Source: a virus
Taxonomy: Duplodnaviria > Caudoviricetes
IMG/VR virus record: IMGVR_UViG_3300020171_000039
Coordinates: 1 to 52,283 of that record
DNA length: 52,283 bases
Strand: one strand, 5' to 3'
Part shown: piece by piece, positions 27,163 to 36,784 of the stretch
Layout of the letters: every line of letters begins with the position of its first letter
Numbering within the stretch: the stretch's first letter is position 1
The notes under the pieces: model-generated
Told to the model about the DNA's origin: nothing
Databases searched by the model: none
What the model saw: the letters and a program-made list of their open reading frames with translations, nothing else
Program-made: the position numbers and the translations under genes

Positions 27163-29898
27163 CTAGTCTCCTGTGTGGGTCCGGTCTGGACGGATCAAGG
27201 GATTGACGGGTCTTGGCTCTGTGAGGGTCGGACGCTTGGGATCGGTCTGACCAGCAACCTTGTTCAGAGACTTGAGCATCTCGGATAAGAGCCACACAAC
27301 CTGAGGATCGGAACCTCCTTCTGCTCCGAGTGTCCCTAGATTGATTCGGAGCTTCTTCGCCACGTCTTCAGCTGTCTTGATCTTGAGCTGCATCAACCCG
27401 TACGCACCTGCGCGAGACTTAGCGTTGGGGTTGTTGTAACTCTCCGAAGCTGCAACAGCTCGAATCAACTCTTCAGAGAGTCCGAACTCTTGAGCAGCAG
27501 CAGCATACAACGGATCGAACGGTGAACCCTTCAGAGCCGCTCGGCTAACCTTACCTCGGCGGTCCTCCCCTGCCTCTGTCGAGATCGGGACAGCGTAGTT
27601 AGCTCCGAGAGCATTAGCTCCGGTGAGGATGTCTCTAGCGTACCCTGTTCCAGGTGTCGAGGTCGAAAGCTTCCCGGACTTGAGGACCTTGTCGAGATTA
27701 CCCATTCCCCAGTTGTACGCCATCAACGCTAGCTGGGTATTCCCGTCGTACTTCTTGATCAGATCTGCGAGATACTTTGCTCCGAGACGCACGTTGGTCT
27801 TCGGATTAAGGATACTCTCCTCTTGATTATAGGAGAACGATCCCTTAGGACTCCCCTGGATCTTCTCTAGCCTTCGTGCTGTCCTATCGAGCATCTCCGA
27901 TAGGATAACCGAAGTCATCTCATTCGGAGACATCGAGGTCCCTCTCAAGGTCTCTAGAGTCGACAACCTGTACTTCTTCGTCGTAGCAGGGTCTCTGAAT
28001 GCCGTGGTCAGGTCAGTCCCGATCACGTCTCTATAGACATCTGAGAGGCCTTCAACGACAGCGTCTCGTATCTTCTGGTCAGTCTCAGGAGAGAATAACG
28101 ACGTAGCTCCGGAGATCAGCTCCTTCTCTATGACTTTGAAACTATCTTCGAGAGAGGAAGACCGTTCTCCAGTTTCCACGAAGTTCTTCAGATCAACAGA
28201 CTCTAGCAGATCCTTCATACTAGTTCCTAACGATACGAGCAAGTTCTTCGCTCCCTCTGTATCGATCTGATTCATAGGTTCTAGTACTCCGAGGTCTTCA
28301 AGAACCTTCCGGATCTCTGATCCAGCAGTCGACCAAGTATCAGCGAGCCATCTCCCCATCCTCGTATCGACCCAATCGAACATCTCTTCCCAAGCAGCCT
28401 CCCAACCGTCCTGCATCCCGGACCAATCCCAGTTAGCTGGGTTGATCTGGGCTAGCTCGAGTTTCAGATCCTCGAAGTCCTTGACGATCCCGCTAGACCC
28501 GTCCCAGATCCCATCGACCATGTCAGAGATAGCATCGAGCCCGAGTCCTAAAGCCTGCGCAGGTAATCCTCGATTCTCTCGGAGAAGCTTGAACATCTCG
28601 TTCATAGGTCCTTTCATCTTCCCCTGGAACTGGTCAAGCATCACTTCTCCGAGCCCGATCCACATCATCCTCAGTTCTTTATCGAGCTTGGCATAGGCTT
28701 CGGTTGTGTCATCTACAGTCTTGTGAGCAGCGTCGCGATGCTTGGTAACTCCCTTGGCTCCGGCTCCGAGCGTGTCTGTCACGAAGTCGGAGATATCTCC
28801 TTCGAACCTAGCCATCCTCAGCGCTTCTTCTCTCGAGACACCAAGACTCTCAGCCAGCTCCTTCCTCCGCATCTGGGAGTAGTAGTCCATCCCTGATCCG
28901 ATCTCTTGCATCGCTTGGACACCGACTTTGACGAACTCGTCAGGCGAGTCGGTGATCATCTTCCTGAGATCGCCGACTCCTCGCCTCGTGTACCTCGCCA
29001 CGACCTCGATAGCCTCAAGGCCTTGTTCGTCGGTCAGGTCCAACAAGTCGGTCATCTTCTTCAGCATCCCGTCCGCTGCGATCCCGCCTTGTCCCAAAGC
29101 CCCTGCGACTGCGAGAAGCCTTTGGGTGTACGGGACCAACGAAGTGCCGCTGTTCCGAGCGAGTTCTAACAGCTCGGACTGGGAATCGACTAACTGGACC
29201 AGCTCTCCGTGCGTCAACACGGTCTCGTCGCCGACGTACTTGATCGCTGATCCGATGCGATAGAGTTGCTTGTCCGGGACTCCGTGGATCCGGGTAAGGC
29301 TGTTGTACAGCTTACCGATCTCGGCTGTGCTCTCGCCTGTCGCACGAGCCAAATAGAGAGTCTCATCGGCCCAGGTCCGCATGTTCTCTGCGGCATCCTT
29401 AGACTTCGATGCAAGGGTTCCGAGTTGTAGTCCTTCTCTGACGACTGCAATAACTTCTTCCCGGGTGTATCCCAAGGTAGCCCACCACTTCTCGACAATC
29501 CCTGTAGCGACTCCCATCTGACGCCCGTTCATGTCCATGCTCTGATTCATCAACAAGATCTCGGACCGGTACTGCGAAGCGGCCTTAGCAGCGTCTAACA
29601 ACCCGAGCTCATAGAGAGCCCAGAGACCTACTCCGAGCTTGACGAGATTCTTAGTCTCCGAAGCTACCCCACCTAGAGCCTTTGTAACCTCTCCGACCCC
29701 GGCTTGGACCGAACCTGCGACCTTGGTACTCTCGAGCGCTCCGTCGTAGAAGCTCGACCATGAACTCTTTGATACCTGCTCCAAGTCCCCGACCTGTGCA
29801 ACGAACTTTGACTGGAGCTTGTCGAGGTTGATCAACGGACCCGACGTCCGATCATCCAGCTCGACTAACCACCTCAGAGGGAGCAGTTCAGGTTCCAC
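27163..29898 (-). CDS. Tape measure protein with C-terminal lytic transglycosylase (SLT) domain
   Basis: Long helical protein after tube and chaperone; ES, GAYGLMQL and AYNWG motifs. Confidence 0.85.
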   Translation of the reverse strand: MEPELLPLRWLVELDDRTSGPLINLDKLQSKFVAQVGDLEQVSKSSWSSFYDGALESTKVAGSVQAGVGEVTKALGGVASETKNLVKLGVGLWALYELGLLDAAKAASQYRSEILLMNQSMDMNGRQMGVATGIVEKWWATLGYTREEVIAVVREGLQLGTLASKSKDAAENMRTWADETLYLARATGESTAEIGKLYNSLTRIHGVPDKQLYRIGSAIKYVGDETVLTHGELVQLVDSQSELLELARNSGTSLVPYTQRLLAVAGALGQGGIAADGMLKKMTDLLDLTDEQGLEAIEVVARYTRRGVGDLRKMITDSPDEFVKVGVQAMQEIGSGMDYYSQMRRKELAESLGVSREEALRMARFEGDISDFVTDTLGAGAKGVTKHRDAAHKTVDDTTEAYAKLDKELRMMWIGLGEVMLDQFQGKMKGPMNEMFKLLRENRGLPAQALGLGLDAISDMVDGIWDGSSGIVKDFEDLKLELAQINPANWDWSGMQDGWEAAWEEMFDWVDTRMGRWLADTWSTAGSEIRKVLEDLGVLEPMNQIDTEGAKNLLVSLGTSMKDLLESVDLKNFVETGERSSSLEDSFKVIEKELISGATSLFSPETDQKIRDAVVEGLSDVYRDVIGTDLTTAFRDPATTKKYRLSTLETLRGTSMSPNEMTSVILSEMLDRTARRLEKIQGSPKGSFSYNQEESILNPKTNVRLGAKYLADLIKKYDGNTQLALMAYNWGMGNLDKVLKSGKLSTSTPGTGYARDILTGANALGANYAVPISTEAGEDRRGKVSRAALKGSPFDPLYAAAAQEFGLSEELIRAVAASESYNNPNAKSRAGAYGLMQLKIKTAEDVAKKLRINLGTLGAEGGSDPQVVWLLSEMLKSLNKVAGQTDPKRPTLTEPRPVNPLIRPDRTHTGD

Positions 29899-29903
29899 AG
29901 AGT

Positions 29904-30059
29904 CTACCTCCTGTTCTTCGAGTCAAGAAGGCTTTGCTTCTGCGCGTTCTCATCCTCGAGACGACGGATCGCTCGCTTCAGGAAGTACCAGAATTCCCAA
30001 GGAGGCATCGACTCCAACTCAGATCTGGAATACCCTTCTCGTCGTTGTAGAAAGTCCAT
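29904..30059 (-). CDS. Tail assembly chaperone second part (gpT-like), MDFLQRREGYSRSELESMPPWEFWYFL...
   Basis: 51-aa ORF translated by hand; GYS..ELE.MP.WE motif; its frame stays open back across the 3' end of the upstream chaperone gene. Confidence 0.7.
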   Translation of the reverse strand: MDFLQRREGYSRSELESMPPWEFWYFLKRAIRRLEDENAQKQSLLDSKNRR

Positions 30060-30096
30060 GGAATCAATCAACACCTTGGGGTCAGGGATCTTCGAA

Positions 30097-30888
30097 TCAA
30101 ACAGGTCTTGGACGAAAGAACCGATCAGAGATCGGCAACCTCATCGGACCATTCAACCATCCACAGTGCTCGCAAGGGAGCCCGTCGACGATCAACCTGT
30201 ATCCTGCTCTGACATCTTCGAAGGCTGACCGCAGAGTCAACTCATCCATCCCTCTGAGGCTTTCGACGAACTCGACCTTCTCGTCTAACGAGACCTCGGA
30301 ATCTTGATCCAACGAGATGATCCTTCGGGCCGTTCTGTACGAGTACTCCGGATCGCCTTCTTGGGTCCGCTGCTGAGGCTTGAGACGGCGGAGTGATTGT
30401 TCTCCGTACTTCCGGATCGCTTGGTCATCCGAACCTGATAACAACCCCCACTCAACCACCTTCCCATTCGGAAGCTCTGTGATGAACGGGTAACGTGCGT
30501 CATCTGTTCCGAGGACGTCTTTCTCGAGATCCCTGAGCGTGAAGATCGTCCTATCATCAACGAAGGGACGGAGTCCAATTGTCTTCTTGTCACAGTCGGA
30601 ACACTTGTAGAAGAACTCGTACTCAGGACCCCAGGACAAGACTCGGAGGTCTAGCAACAGCGCGAACCTGTCCGGGATCTTGAGGTCCATCGGGTTAAAG
30701 TCTGTGGGCCAGTTGATCACGTTCGACCTGGCGAGACGGTTCAACTTGGCCTGGGCTTCCATGTTGGTCGCTGAGAAGATCTTCATCTCCCCAGTCCCCA
30801 AGGCTAGAAGTTGTAGATCACCGTTGAGGACCGGATCGTCGTAACAAACGGCACAAGGAAGTCGTGTGGTACCTTCGTAGCCTGCCAT
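30097..30888 (-). CDS. gp26: Tail assembly chaperone / baseplate hub assembly protein (T4 gp26-like)
   Basis: DRFALLLDLRVLSWGPEY, CSDC and CEHCG motifs, ends FFRP; between tube and tape measure. Confidence 0.8.
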   Translation of the reverse strand: MAGYEGTTRLPCAVCYDDPVLNGDLQLLALGTGEMKIFSATNMEAQAKLNRLARSNVINWPTDFNPMDLKIPDRFALLLDLRVLSWGPEYEFFYKCSDCDKKTIGLRPFVDDRTIFTLRDLEKDVLGTDDARYPFITELPNGKVVEWGLLSGSDDQAIRKYGEQSLRRLKPQQRTQEGDPEYSYRTARRIISLDQDSEVSLDEKVEFVESLRGMDELTLRSAFEDVRAGYRLIVDGLPCEHCGWLNGPMRLPISDRFFRPRPV

Positions 30889-30944
30889 AATTACCTCCAG
30901 AGGAATTGACGTCGGCAGACGCTAGTTGTGAGAGAGCGGAAGAA

Positions 30945-31472
30945 CTAGATCTGGGTCCACTTGAGCTTGTCGACGACGAACGGCATCTCCATGTCGATCG
31001 GCTCGGTGTTGTCCATCGAGAACCCGCCCGGAGGATCCGCAGGAGGCCAGATCCCGAAGAGCTTGCACTTGCGCTGGTTCCCGCCTCCGGGGTCTGAGAC
31101 GATCGCTGTGGCGATCTTCTTGTAGGCGCTGGCGAGGCCCATCGCTCCGGTGTCGACGTTGTAGACCAGCGTCCTCCACTCCAAGAGGAGCTTGCGAACA
31201 TCCTGGTCGACGTAGTCCCGAAGGGTCAGACTGAAGTCTTCGACATCGTGCCCGCCAGCGACCTTCTTGGTCGTGTTACCGTGCTTGATGCGGTGGACTT
31301 CGTTCCTACCGACCGGGAGAGAGAACGCTCGCATCGCCAGCTGGATCATCGTGGGATCAGAAGAGAACCCAGCCCCACCCAGAGCGACAGAGATCACGAA
31401 GTTGTTGCCTCGCTGAGGCTCGAATCCGCCATCAGCTGAAGCGATGTGGTCTGCACTGAAGTCAAGGGCCAT
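30945..31472 (-). CDS. gp19: Tail tube protein (gp19-like)
   Basis: EPQRGNNF, KVAG, W..LVYN..TG.MG....YK and LFGIWP motifs. Confidence 0.9.
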   Translation of the reverse strand: MALDFSADHIASADGGFEPQRGNNFVISVALGGAGFSSDPTMIQLAMRAFSLPVGRNEVHRIKHGNTTKKVAGGHDVEDFSLTLRDYVDQDVRKLLLEWRTLVYNVDTGAMGLASAYKKIATAIVSDPGGGNQRKCKLFGIWPPADPPGGFSMDNTEPIDMEMPFVVDKLKWTQI

Positions 31473-31483
31473 GGTAGTCCTCC

Positions 31484-33781
31484 TTAGAACTCAAGGCTCT
31501 CGGACAGCTCTTCGATCGAGCTCCCCGAAGGTGTCACGATGAACTTGATGTAGATCTTCTCCCCGGTCTCAGGGAACTGGAACCAAGCGTAGGCCTGGGA
31601 GGAGTTCGTGGAAGGAAGAACCGCAGACGCGTTGGTCCCGGCATCGCAACGGACCCGGTAGTCAGCCAGCGCTCGCTTGCCCTTCATGAACTCTGCCGGA
31701 CCGATGACGTAGTTCTCGATCTGGTCCCAGAGGATCTCGTCCGAAGGCTCGCCGACCTCGTCCTCGACACCGTCGAGAATCAGCTCCTTGAGCACGCACA
31801 GGTTCAACCGGTTGTTCATCCGGTTCAGCGAGGATTCGGCACGGAGACCAGTCTTCTGTCCCCAGAGAGCAGTCCCCTTGCCAGCCTTGGTCCGGATCGG
31901 ATTTAGGATGGCATTGGTCGTGCCGTACATCGCTTCGCGCTCGTCGTTGTCCGGAGAGATCCGAGTGTCGGTGACCTGAGGCAAGATCCCGCGCTTCCAT
32001 CCCATCGGAGCGCGGAACACGCCGGTACCGATCGATTTGGCGATGACGTACATCTGGAACCCGGAAGGAGGAACCCAAGCAGCGACATCGTTCCAGTCGT
32101 CGTAGACCTCTTGCTCGGCCCAGCAGGTCGAGAAGAACGAAGAGCTGGTGTTCTGTGTGTGAGCTGTGATCCAGGCCAGGGCCTCGGCAACGGTATCCAC
32201 AGTCGCCCACGCGTCGATGTCCAGCAGAGCTACGCAGTCACCTCGGGCATCTGCGATCTCAAGCATTCGGGCCTGGACTGCGTCGACGATATCCCCAGGG
32301 AACGCCAGAGTCCTGATCCGGACCTGCTCCGGATCCTTGAACAGGTTGACAGCCGTGAGCTTGTCACCGGTCGAAGCTCCGTTGATCCCGTCCGCTCCAC
32401 CTTGGATCGTGACCGACGCGTCAGCATCAGAGATGAAGGTCTCGGGTCCGTAAGGAAGAGGCTCGGTCGTGTTCGCTACCACGGCACCGGCGTCGAGGAG
32501 CTTCATGAACACGTTGTCAACGTCGGTTCCAGCGTCGGTCCTGTTGGTCCCGAGGTGCTTGGCGACAACAACGCCGTTCTCGTAGACCCACAGATCCCAG
32601 TCTGTCGTGGTCGAAGCATTAGGCTTTACACGCATCGTGAAGTCGTCTGCACGAGTACCCTTGTAGTACCCTTCGAGCCTGACCGACGCGGGGTAGATGT
32701 AGTAGTCCAGATTCGCTACACACGTCGCTGCGAAGTTCCGGTTCACTGTGAGAGCATTGGCAGCGACGGTGACGATCGTGTACGTCCCGTTGCAGTCTGT
32801 AACGATCCCGTCGTTGATCACCAAGATGTCCCCGGCAACCACCCCGGACTGGACAAAGTCGAGGTTAGCGATCCCGGCATCGGTGAAGTTGACAGTCGTG
32901 ATCGTGGTTCCGCCGATACCCGTACCCGAGGCAGGTAGACCACCAGCAGGGAGGCTATTGACGACCTTCTTCGACTTGTAGATCGTGTAGTCCAGATTAG
33001 CCAGACCCCCGACCGGGAAGTCGCGGTCGACCGTTACCCTGGTAGCGAGGTCGACCGACGTGATGTAGTAGACACCATTGTCTCCCGTCGATCCAGGAGC
33101 AGCTTCGGAGATCTCGAGGATGTCACCGACAGCGACATTCCAGGTCGTGAACACCGACGCAGCTGATGTGAACTGTCGAGTCGCTGCGACAGACGTGGCA
33201 CCGTTGATTCCCGTGGCGCACATCGAATCAAGGACCTCGAAGACATCCCCGGTATCCCCGACAGGGAAGTTCGGAGTCACTGTCAGCTGCGTCGGAGCTG
33301 GGACTGCTATGATCCGGTACAGCCCGACATCACCCGATCCGACACCTGAGGTGATCTGGAGGTACATCCCTACATCGATCCCGTCGGCAGGGAAGTTCGC
33401 TGCGACAGACGAGAAGTTCCCGGTACCGACAACGGACACACCGTTGATCCCTGTCGTCATCGATGTGGATCTACCACCTCGCAACGACCCGGTTGAACGG
33501 ACAGCAGGGTTGGCGGTCGAATTGTGGCGAGCAAGGTATGCGTTGCCGACCTTGCGGAAGGCTTCGCGCCAGCCCAGCCAGGACTTGGCTTCCGAGGCTG
33601 TGGACGACGGAGGCCCGAAGGTCTCCAGGAACCCGTCGAGGCCCGAGACCAGAGTTCTGGCTCCGATCGGTCCCCAGGTCGCAGCAACCACTCCGCCTGG
33701 TACGTACGGTAGCGAGTTCGCCGTTGTGTAACTCTTGTCGATTTCCTGGCCGTAGGCTCCAGGTGACAGCTCTCCTGACAT
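31484..33781 (-). CDS. gp18: Tail sheath protein (gp18-like) with three inserted beta modules
   Basis: SPGAY..EID, WGP, WVPPSG, APMG..RG, LWGQKT, LNRMN.R and VRCD..TN motifs. Confidence 0.93.
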   Translation of the reverse strand: MSGELSPGAYGQEIDKSYTTANSLPYVPGGVVAATWGPIGARTLVSGLDGFLETFGPPSSTASEAKSWLGWREAFRKVGNAYLARHNSTANPAVRSTGSLRGGRSTSMTTGINGVSVVGTGNFSSVAANFPADGIDVGMYLQITSGVGSGDVGLYRIIAVPAPTQLTVTPNFPVGDTGDVFEVLDSMCATGINGATSVAATRQFTSAASVFTTWNVAVGDILEISEAAPGSTGDNGVYYITSVDLATRVTVDRDFPVGGLANLDYTIYKSKKVVNSLPAGGLPASGTGIGGTTITTVNFTDAGIANLDFVQSGVVAGDILVINDGIVTDCNGTYTIVTVAANALTVNRNFAATCVANLDYYIYPASVRLEGYYKGTRADDFTMRVKPNASTTTDWDLWVYENGVVVAKHLGTNRTDAGTDVDNVFMKLLDAGAVVANTTEPLPYGPETFISDADASVTIQGGADGINGASTGDKLTAVNLFKDPEQVRIRTLAFPGDIVDAVQARMLEIADARGDCVALLDIDAWATVDTVAEALAWITAHTQNTSSSFFSTCWAEQEVYDDWNDVAAWVPPSGFQMYVIAKSIGTGVFRAPMGWKRGILPQVTDTRISPDNDEREAMYGTTNAILNPIRTKAGKGTALWGQKTGLRAESSLNRMNNRLNLCVLKELILDGVEDEVGEPSDEILWDQIENYVIGPAEFMKGKRALADYRVRCDAGTNASAVLPSTNSSQAYAWFQFPETGEKIYIKFIVTPSGSSIEELSESLEF

Positions 33782-33791
33782 CGGTTCCTCC

Positions 33792-34211
33792 TCAGGTCAC
33801 GTAGTGCTCATCGAGAAGCTCCACTAGCTCGGCCTTGGACGACGTCGAACCGGGTTCGATCCCGGCCTGATTACACAACTCAACGAGCTCTTGTCTCTTC
33901 TTGTCTATCGAATACATAGGGATCTCGATCTTCTCTTCGGGTTCGGGAACCTGAGGTTCCTCGACCGTCTCAACTTCAACGAGATCTTCAACAAGGTCTT
34001 CGACGATCTCGAGTTCACGGTAGACCACGTGACCTTTGCGGATCAGAGTCTGGGTCCGAGCTGTCGTGAACGACCAGACGTGGTCAGCCTCAAGGACCTG
34101 ACCAGGTGCAAGATGCCACTCCTCTTCGCCTCCGAATCGATGGATCCGTCTCGAGACTGCAAGGAATTCCTTGGTGTTGTTCTCGATCTCGTATTTGATC
34201 TGCTCAGGCAT
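33792..34211 (-). CDS. Hypothetical protein with C-terminal Rho-N/HeH-like helical domain
   Basis: KKRQELVELC..AGI......KAELVELL. Confidence 0.6.
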   Translation of the reverse strand: MPEQIKYEIENNTKEFLAVSRRIHRFGGEEEWHLAPGQVLEADHVWSFTTARTQTLIRKGHVVYRELEIVEDLVEDLVEVETVEEPQVPEPEEKIEIPMYSIDKKRQELVELCNQAGIEPGSTSSKAELVELLDEHYVT

Positions 34212-34213
34212 CT

Positions 34214-35152
34214 CTACTCCTCGACGAGGTATCCCGCCTTGACCTCGGTCAGATTATCGGGAGCTGTGTCGAACGTAACAGCGACCTCGCCAGTGACGTA
34301 GTTAACCGTCCCTGAAGTGATCCCTGTTCCTGCGATGTTACCGTCTCCATCGTCGAACCCGGTAACCTCGACCCCAGCAACCGTCCCGATAACCAGAACA
34401 GTCCACATCTGCAACGGAAGGCCATAGTTGTACGAGAACGTCGTGAGCAACCCGTCAGCGTCGCCCATGTATTGACGTCGAGGGTAATAGAGATCCTCGA
34501 CCAAGGTAGTCAACGCTGTATCAGAGTAGATCCGCAACCGGACCTGCCGCATCGTGTCGGTCTCGTAGACCGCAGGATCGAACACCCAGGCCTGGAGCTC
34601 GAATGGTAAGGTGTACCTGACCAGGCGTTGTTCTGAACGGCCTAGTGCTTCGAGGTTGGTGTTGTTCCCGATGGTCCCGCCGAAGTTGAGGTACGCAACT
34701 TTCCAACCGAACACAGTCCCGGCCCAGACTCGGAGCCACTCCGCATTCGATCCACCTAGCCAGACCAGCTCTTGAACCAACAGCCGAGCTTCGCGTGCGG
34801 TCTCGGCCCAGACGTCTAAGACATAAGGAATGTGTACAGGTACGGGGTGACGACCTTGACGAATCTTGAGCTTGTTCTGGGAGTATGCCTTGGAGTAGCC
34901 AAGCTTCCTGAGCTTGGCTGTCGTCGCCTTGTTCGCAGGAACTGGGATGTCCCCGGCTTGATATAATGAGACAATCGGAAGCTGAGGACGCTGGGTGTTG
35001 TTCTGGCGAACCGAGACCGTCTCCATCATAGCTCTGTCCGGAGGAGCGTAGATCACTTGGACGGCCTTGTCTAAGAGCCCCGAGACCTTGTCCCGGGTCC
35101 AGGTCAGCAAGGCCTCGTCGTACGCATCGAAGATGGAGATTGCAGTTTCGAT
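34214..35152 (-). CDS. gp15: Tail terminator / sheath stabiliser (gp15-like) with C-terminal Ig-like domain
   Basis: YDEALLTW, LPIVSL, PVPVHIPY.LDVW and RYTLPF motifs; candidate ATC start at 35152 (first canonical start is TTG at 35110). Confidence 0.75.
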   Translation of the reverse strand: METAISIFDAYDEALLTWTRDKVSGLLDKAVQVIYAPPDRAMMETVSVRQNNTQRPQLPIVSLYQAGDIPVPANKATTAKLRKLGYSKAYSQNKLKIRQGRHPVPVHIPYVLDVWAETAREARLLVQELVWLGGSNAEWLRVWAGTVFGWKVAYLNFGGTIGNNTNLEALGRSEQRLVRYTLPFELQAWVFDPAVYETDTMRQVRLRIYSDTALTTLVEDLYYPRRQYMGDADGLLTTFSYNYGLPLQMWTVLVIGTVAGVEVTGFDDGDGNIAGTGITSGTVNYVTGEVAVTFDTAPDNLTEVKAGYLVEE

Positions 35153-35155
35153 GAC

Positions 35156-35608
35156 TTACTCCTTGGAGTTCTCTTCGAGGAGAGTTTCGACTTCTTCAGG
35201 AGTCTGGAACAAGGTGCGGCTATTCGGACCCGGTCCACGAGAATGGGGTCTGGCTACTTCCATGATCGCTTCCTTGACCAGGTTCTTGACGTGGTCGTCG
35301 TCTGCTGCGTCCATAGACTCGCTAGACAGAATCTGAGACGAGGAATTCATCGAGACCTTCCAGAGGCCCCAAGAGATCCCGGTACCCAACAGCATCGAAG
35401 CGAATACTGCTCCGGCGACCCAGCCTTTCCATCCTGCGATCTGGAGCTTGATAGCCTCGACGCCTTTCTGGTTCTCTCGAGCCTTCTTCATGACGTCCTC
35501 CGCTAACCGGTCCAACTTTGAGTGAGCAGGGCAGCGTGTCGGTATCGAGATCTCGTCGAACTCGGAGACATCACACTTCGGAGGTGGTTTGGTTCCTGAT
35601 CGCATCAA
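35156..35608 (-). CDS. Membrane protein, possible holin-like
   Basis: Coiled coil followed by one hydrophobic helix (WVAGAVFASMLLGTGISWGLW). Confidence 0.5.
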   Translation of the reverse strand: MMRSGTKPPPKCDVSEFDEISIPTRCPAHSKLDRLAEDVMKKARENQKGVEAIKLQIAGWKGWVAGAVFASMLLGTGISWGLWKVSMNSSSQILSSESMDAADDDHVKNLVKEAIMEVARPHSRGPGPNSRTLFQTPEEVETLLEENSKE

Positions 35609-35645
35609 CTTGCTCCTACTACAGCATGTACCACAGCGTCAACGA

Positions 35646-36392
35646 CTAGTCTTCTTCGACGGGCTCGTCCTTCTCAGGCTCGGGTTCTTCCTCAGGATCT
35701 TCTTCGTCCTCGGACTCCGGCTCTTCTTCGGTCTCGGGATCGAAGTACAGATCGAGCTCATCATCGTAGATGATCAACTCCTCGACAGGGAACTCAGGGT
35801 CCTGCTCATCTACAGGCTCGTCCTTGTCATCAGAATCCGGATCTGGCTCTTCGTCAGGATCCGGTTCTTCCTTGTCGTCCTCGGGCTTGTCGTCCGCTTC
35901 GTCCTTCTTCTCAGGCTCGTCGAGAAGAACCTCGGGCTCGTCGTCAAGGACTTCGGGCTCTTCTGGCTGCTCCGAATCTGGAAGAGGCTCGACCGGGACG
36001 ATCACCAGCTTCAGACCTCCCTCTTCGTCTGCCTGGTCAACCGTTTGGATCTTGACTCTGGTCGCTGCGGGGATGTCACCGACTTGCTGGAGCAGGACGT
36101 ACGAGTAGTCTTGCTCGACAGCCTCGGTGATCTGACCAGAGTTGACCAGCATCCCGATAGCGGTCCGGATCCTGATGTCGTCGACGTACGGGAAGTTGTC
36201 GCGAATGTACGACTCGACTTCGGACGCGGTCGCCTTGATCTCTCCGATCCCGATCGCTGCCTTGACGCTGTCAAGGATCGGACCGACTCGGAGATCTTCT
36301 CCGAGGCTCATCAGCTTCGTCGCTGCCTGCTTCGGATCTTGACCTGCCTGGACCTTCTTGATCATCGCATCGATCACACGCTTGGTACTCAC
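35646..36392 (-). CDS. Highly acidic hypothetical protein
   Basis: C-terminal half of D/E/P low-complexity repeats. Confidence 0.75.
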   Translation of the reverse strand: MSTKRVIDAMIKKVQAGQDPKQAATKLMSLGEDLRVGPILDSVKAAIGIGEIKATASEVESYIRDNFPYVDDIRIRTAIGMLVNSGQITEAVEQDYSYVLLQQVGDIPAATRVKIQTVDQADEEGGLKLVIVPVEPLPDSEQPEEPEVLDDEPEVLLDEPEKKDEADDKPEDDKEEPDPDEEPDPDSDDKDEPVDEQDPEFPVEELIIYDDELDLYFDPETEEEPESEDEEDPEEEPEPEKDEPVEED

Positions 36393-36784
36393 TGCTGTCC
36401 TCCCATCTCCCTCAGGAGAATCTTCTTGACGTCGTTCATGAATCCCCTCCAGGCCGGTCTTGGCGAGAATCCAAGGGACCCAGAACCATACTCGTAAAGC
36501 TGGGTCAATTGAACCAGCTTTGGATCAATCTCAACGAACCACCGACTTCCGATCTTCGAAGTCTTGATCATCTCAGGAACCAGAGCCGGATCGATCTTGT
36601 ACTCATCAGCTACAGTCGGATCGGAGAACACGTCCTGGACCTGCGGAACGGTCCTTGAGATCACGAGTTCGCGGTACCTCGAAGCGGTCTGCTCTTTCAG
36701 CGCAGGGTACTTTGTCCTCGCAACTTGAAGGCGCTTCTTCATCGCTCCGACCGGGTTCCCTGATACTCTGGAACGAGGCTTCAT
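36389..36784 (-). CDS. Putative neck / tail completion protein (HK97 gp10-like)
   Basis: LYEYGS....PRPAWR motif in the neck region. Confidence 0.55.
   Translation of the reverse strand: MKPRSRVSGNPVGAMKKRLQVARTKYPALKEQTASRYRELVISRTVPQVQDVFSDPTVADEYKIDPALVPEMIKTSKIGSRWFVEIDPKLVQLTQLYEYGSGSLGFSPRPAWRGFMNDVKKILLREMGGQQ

Noticed and set aside
32695-33460. Inserted modules as inteins or introns
   Set aside because: No N-terminal Cys/Ser with C-terminal His-Asn, no homing endonuclease, and frames are continuous
14814-33781. Bacterial contractile injection system or tailocin
   Set aside because: Capsid, protease, portal and replication genes are present, so this is a phage
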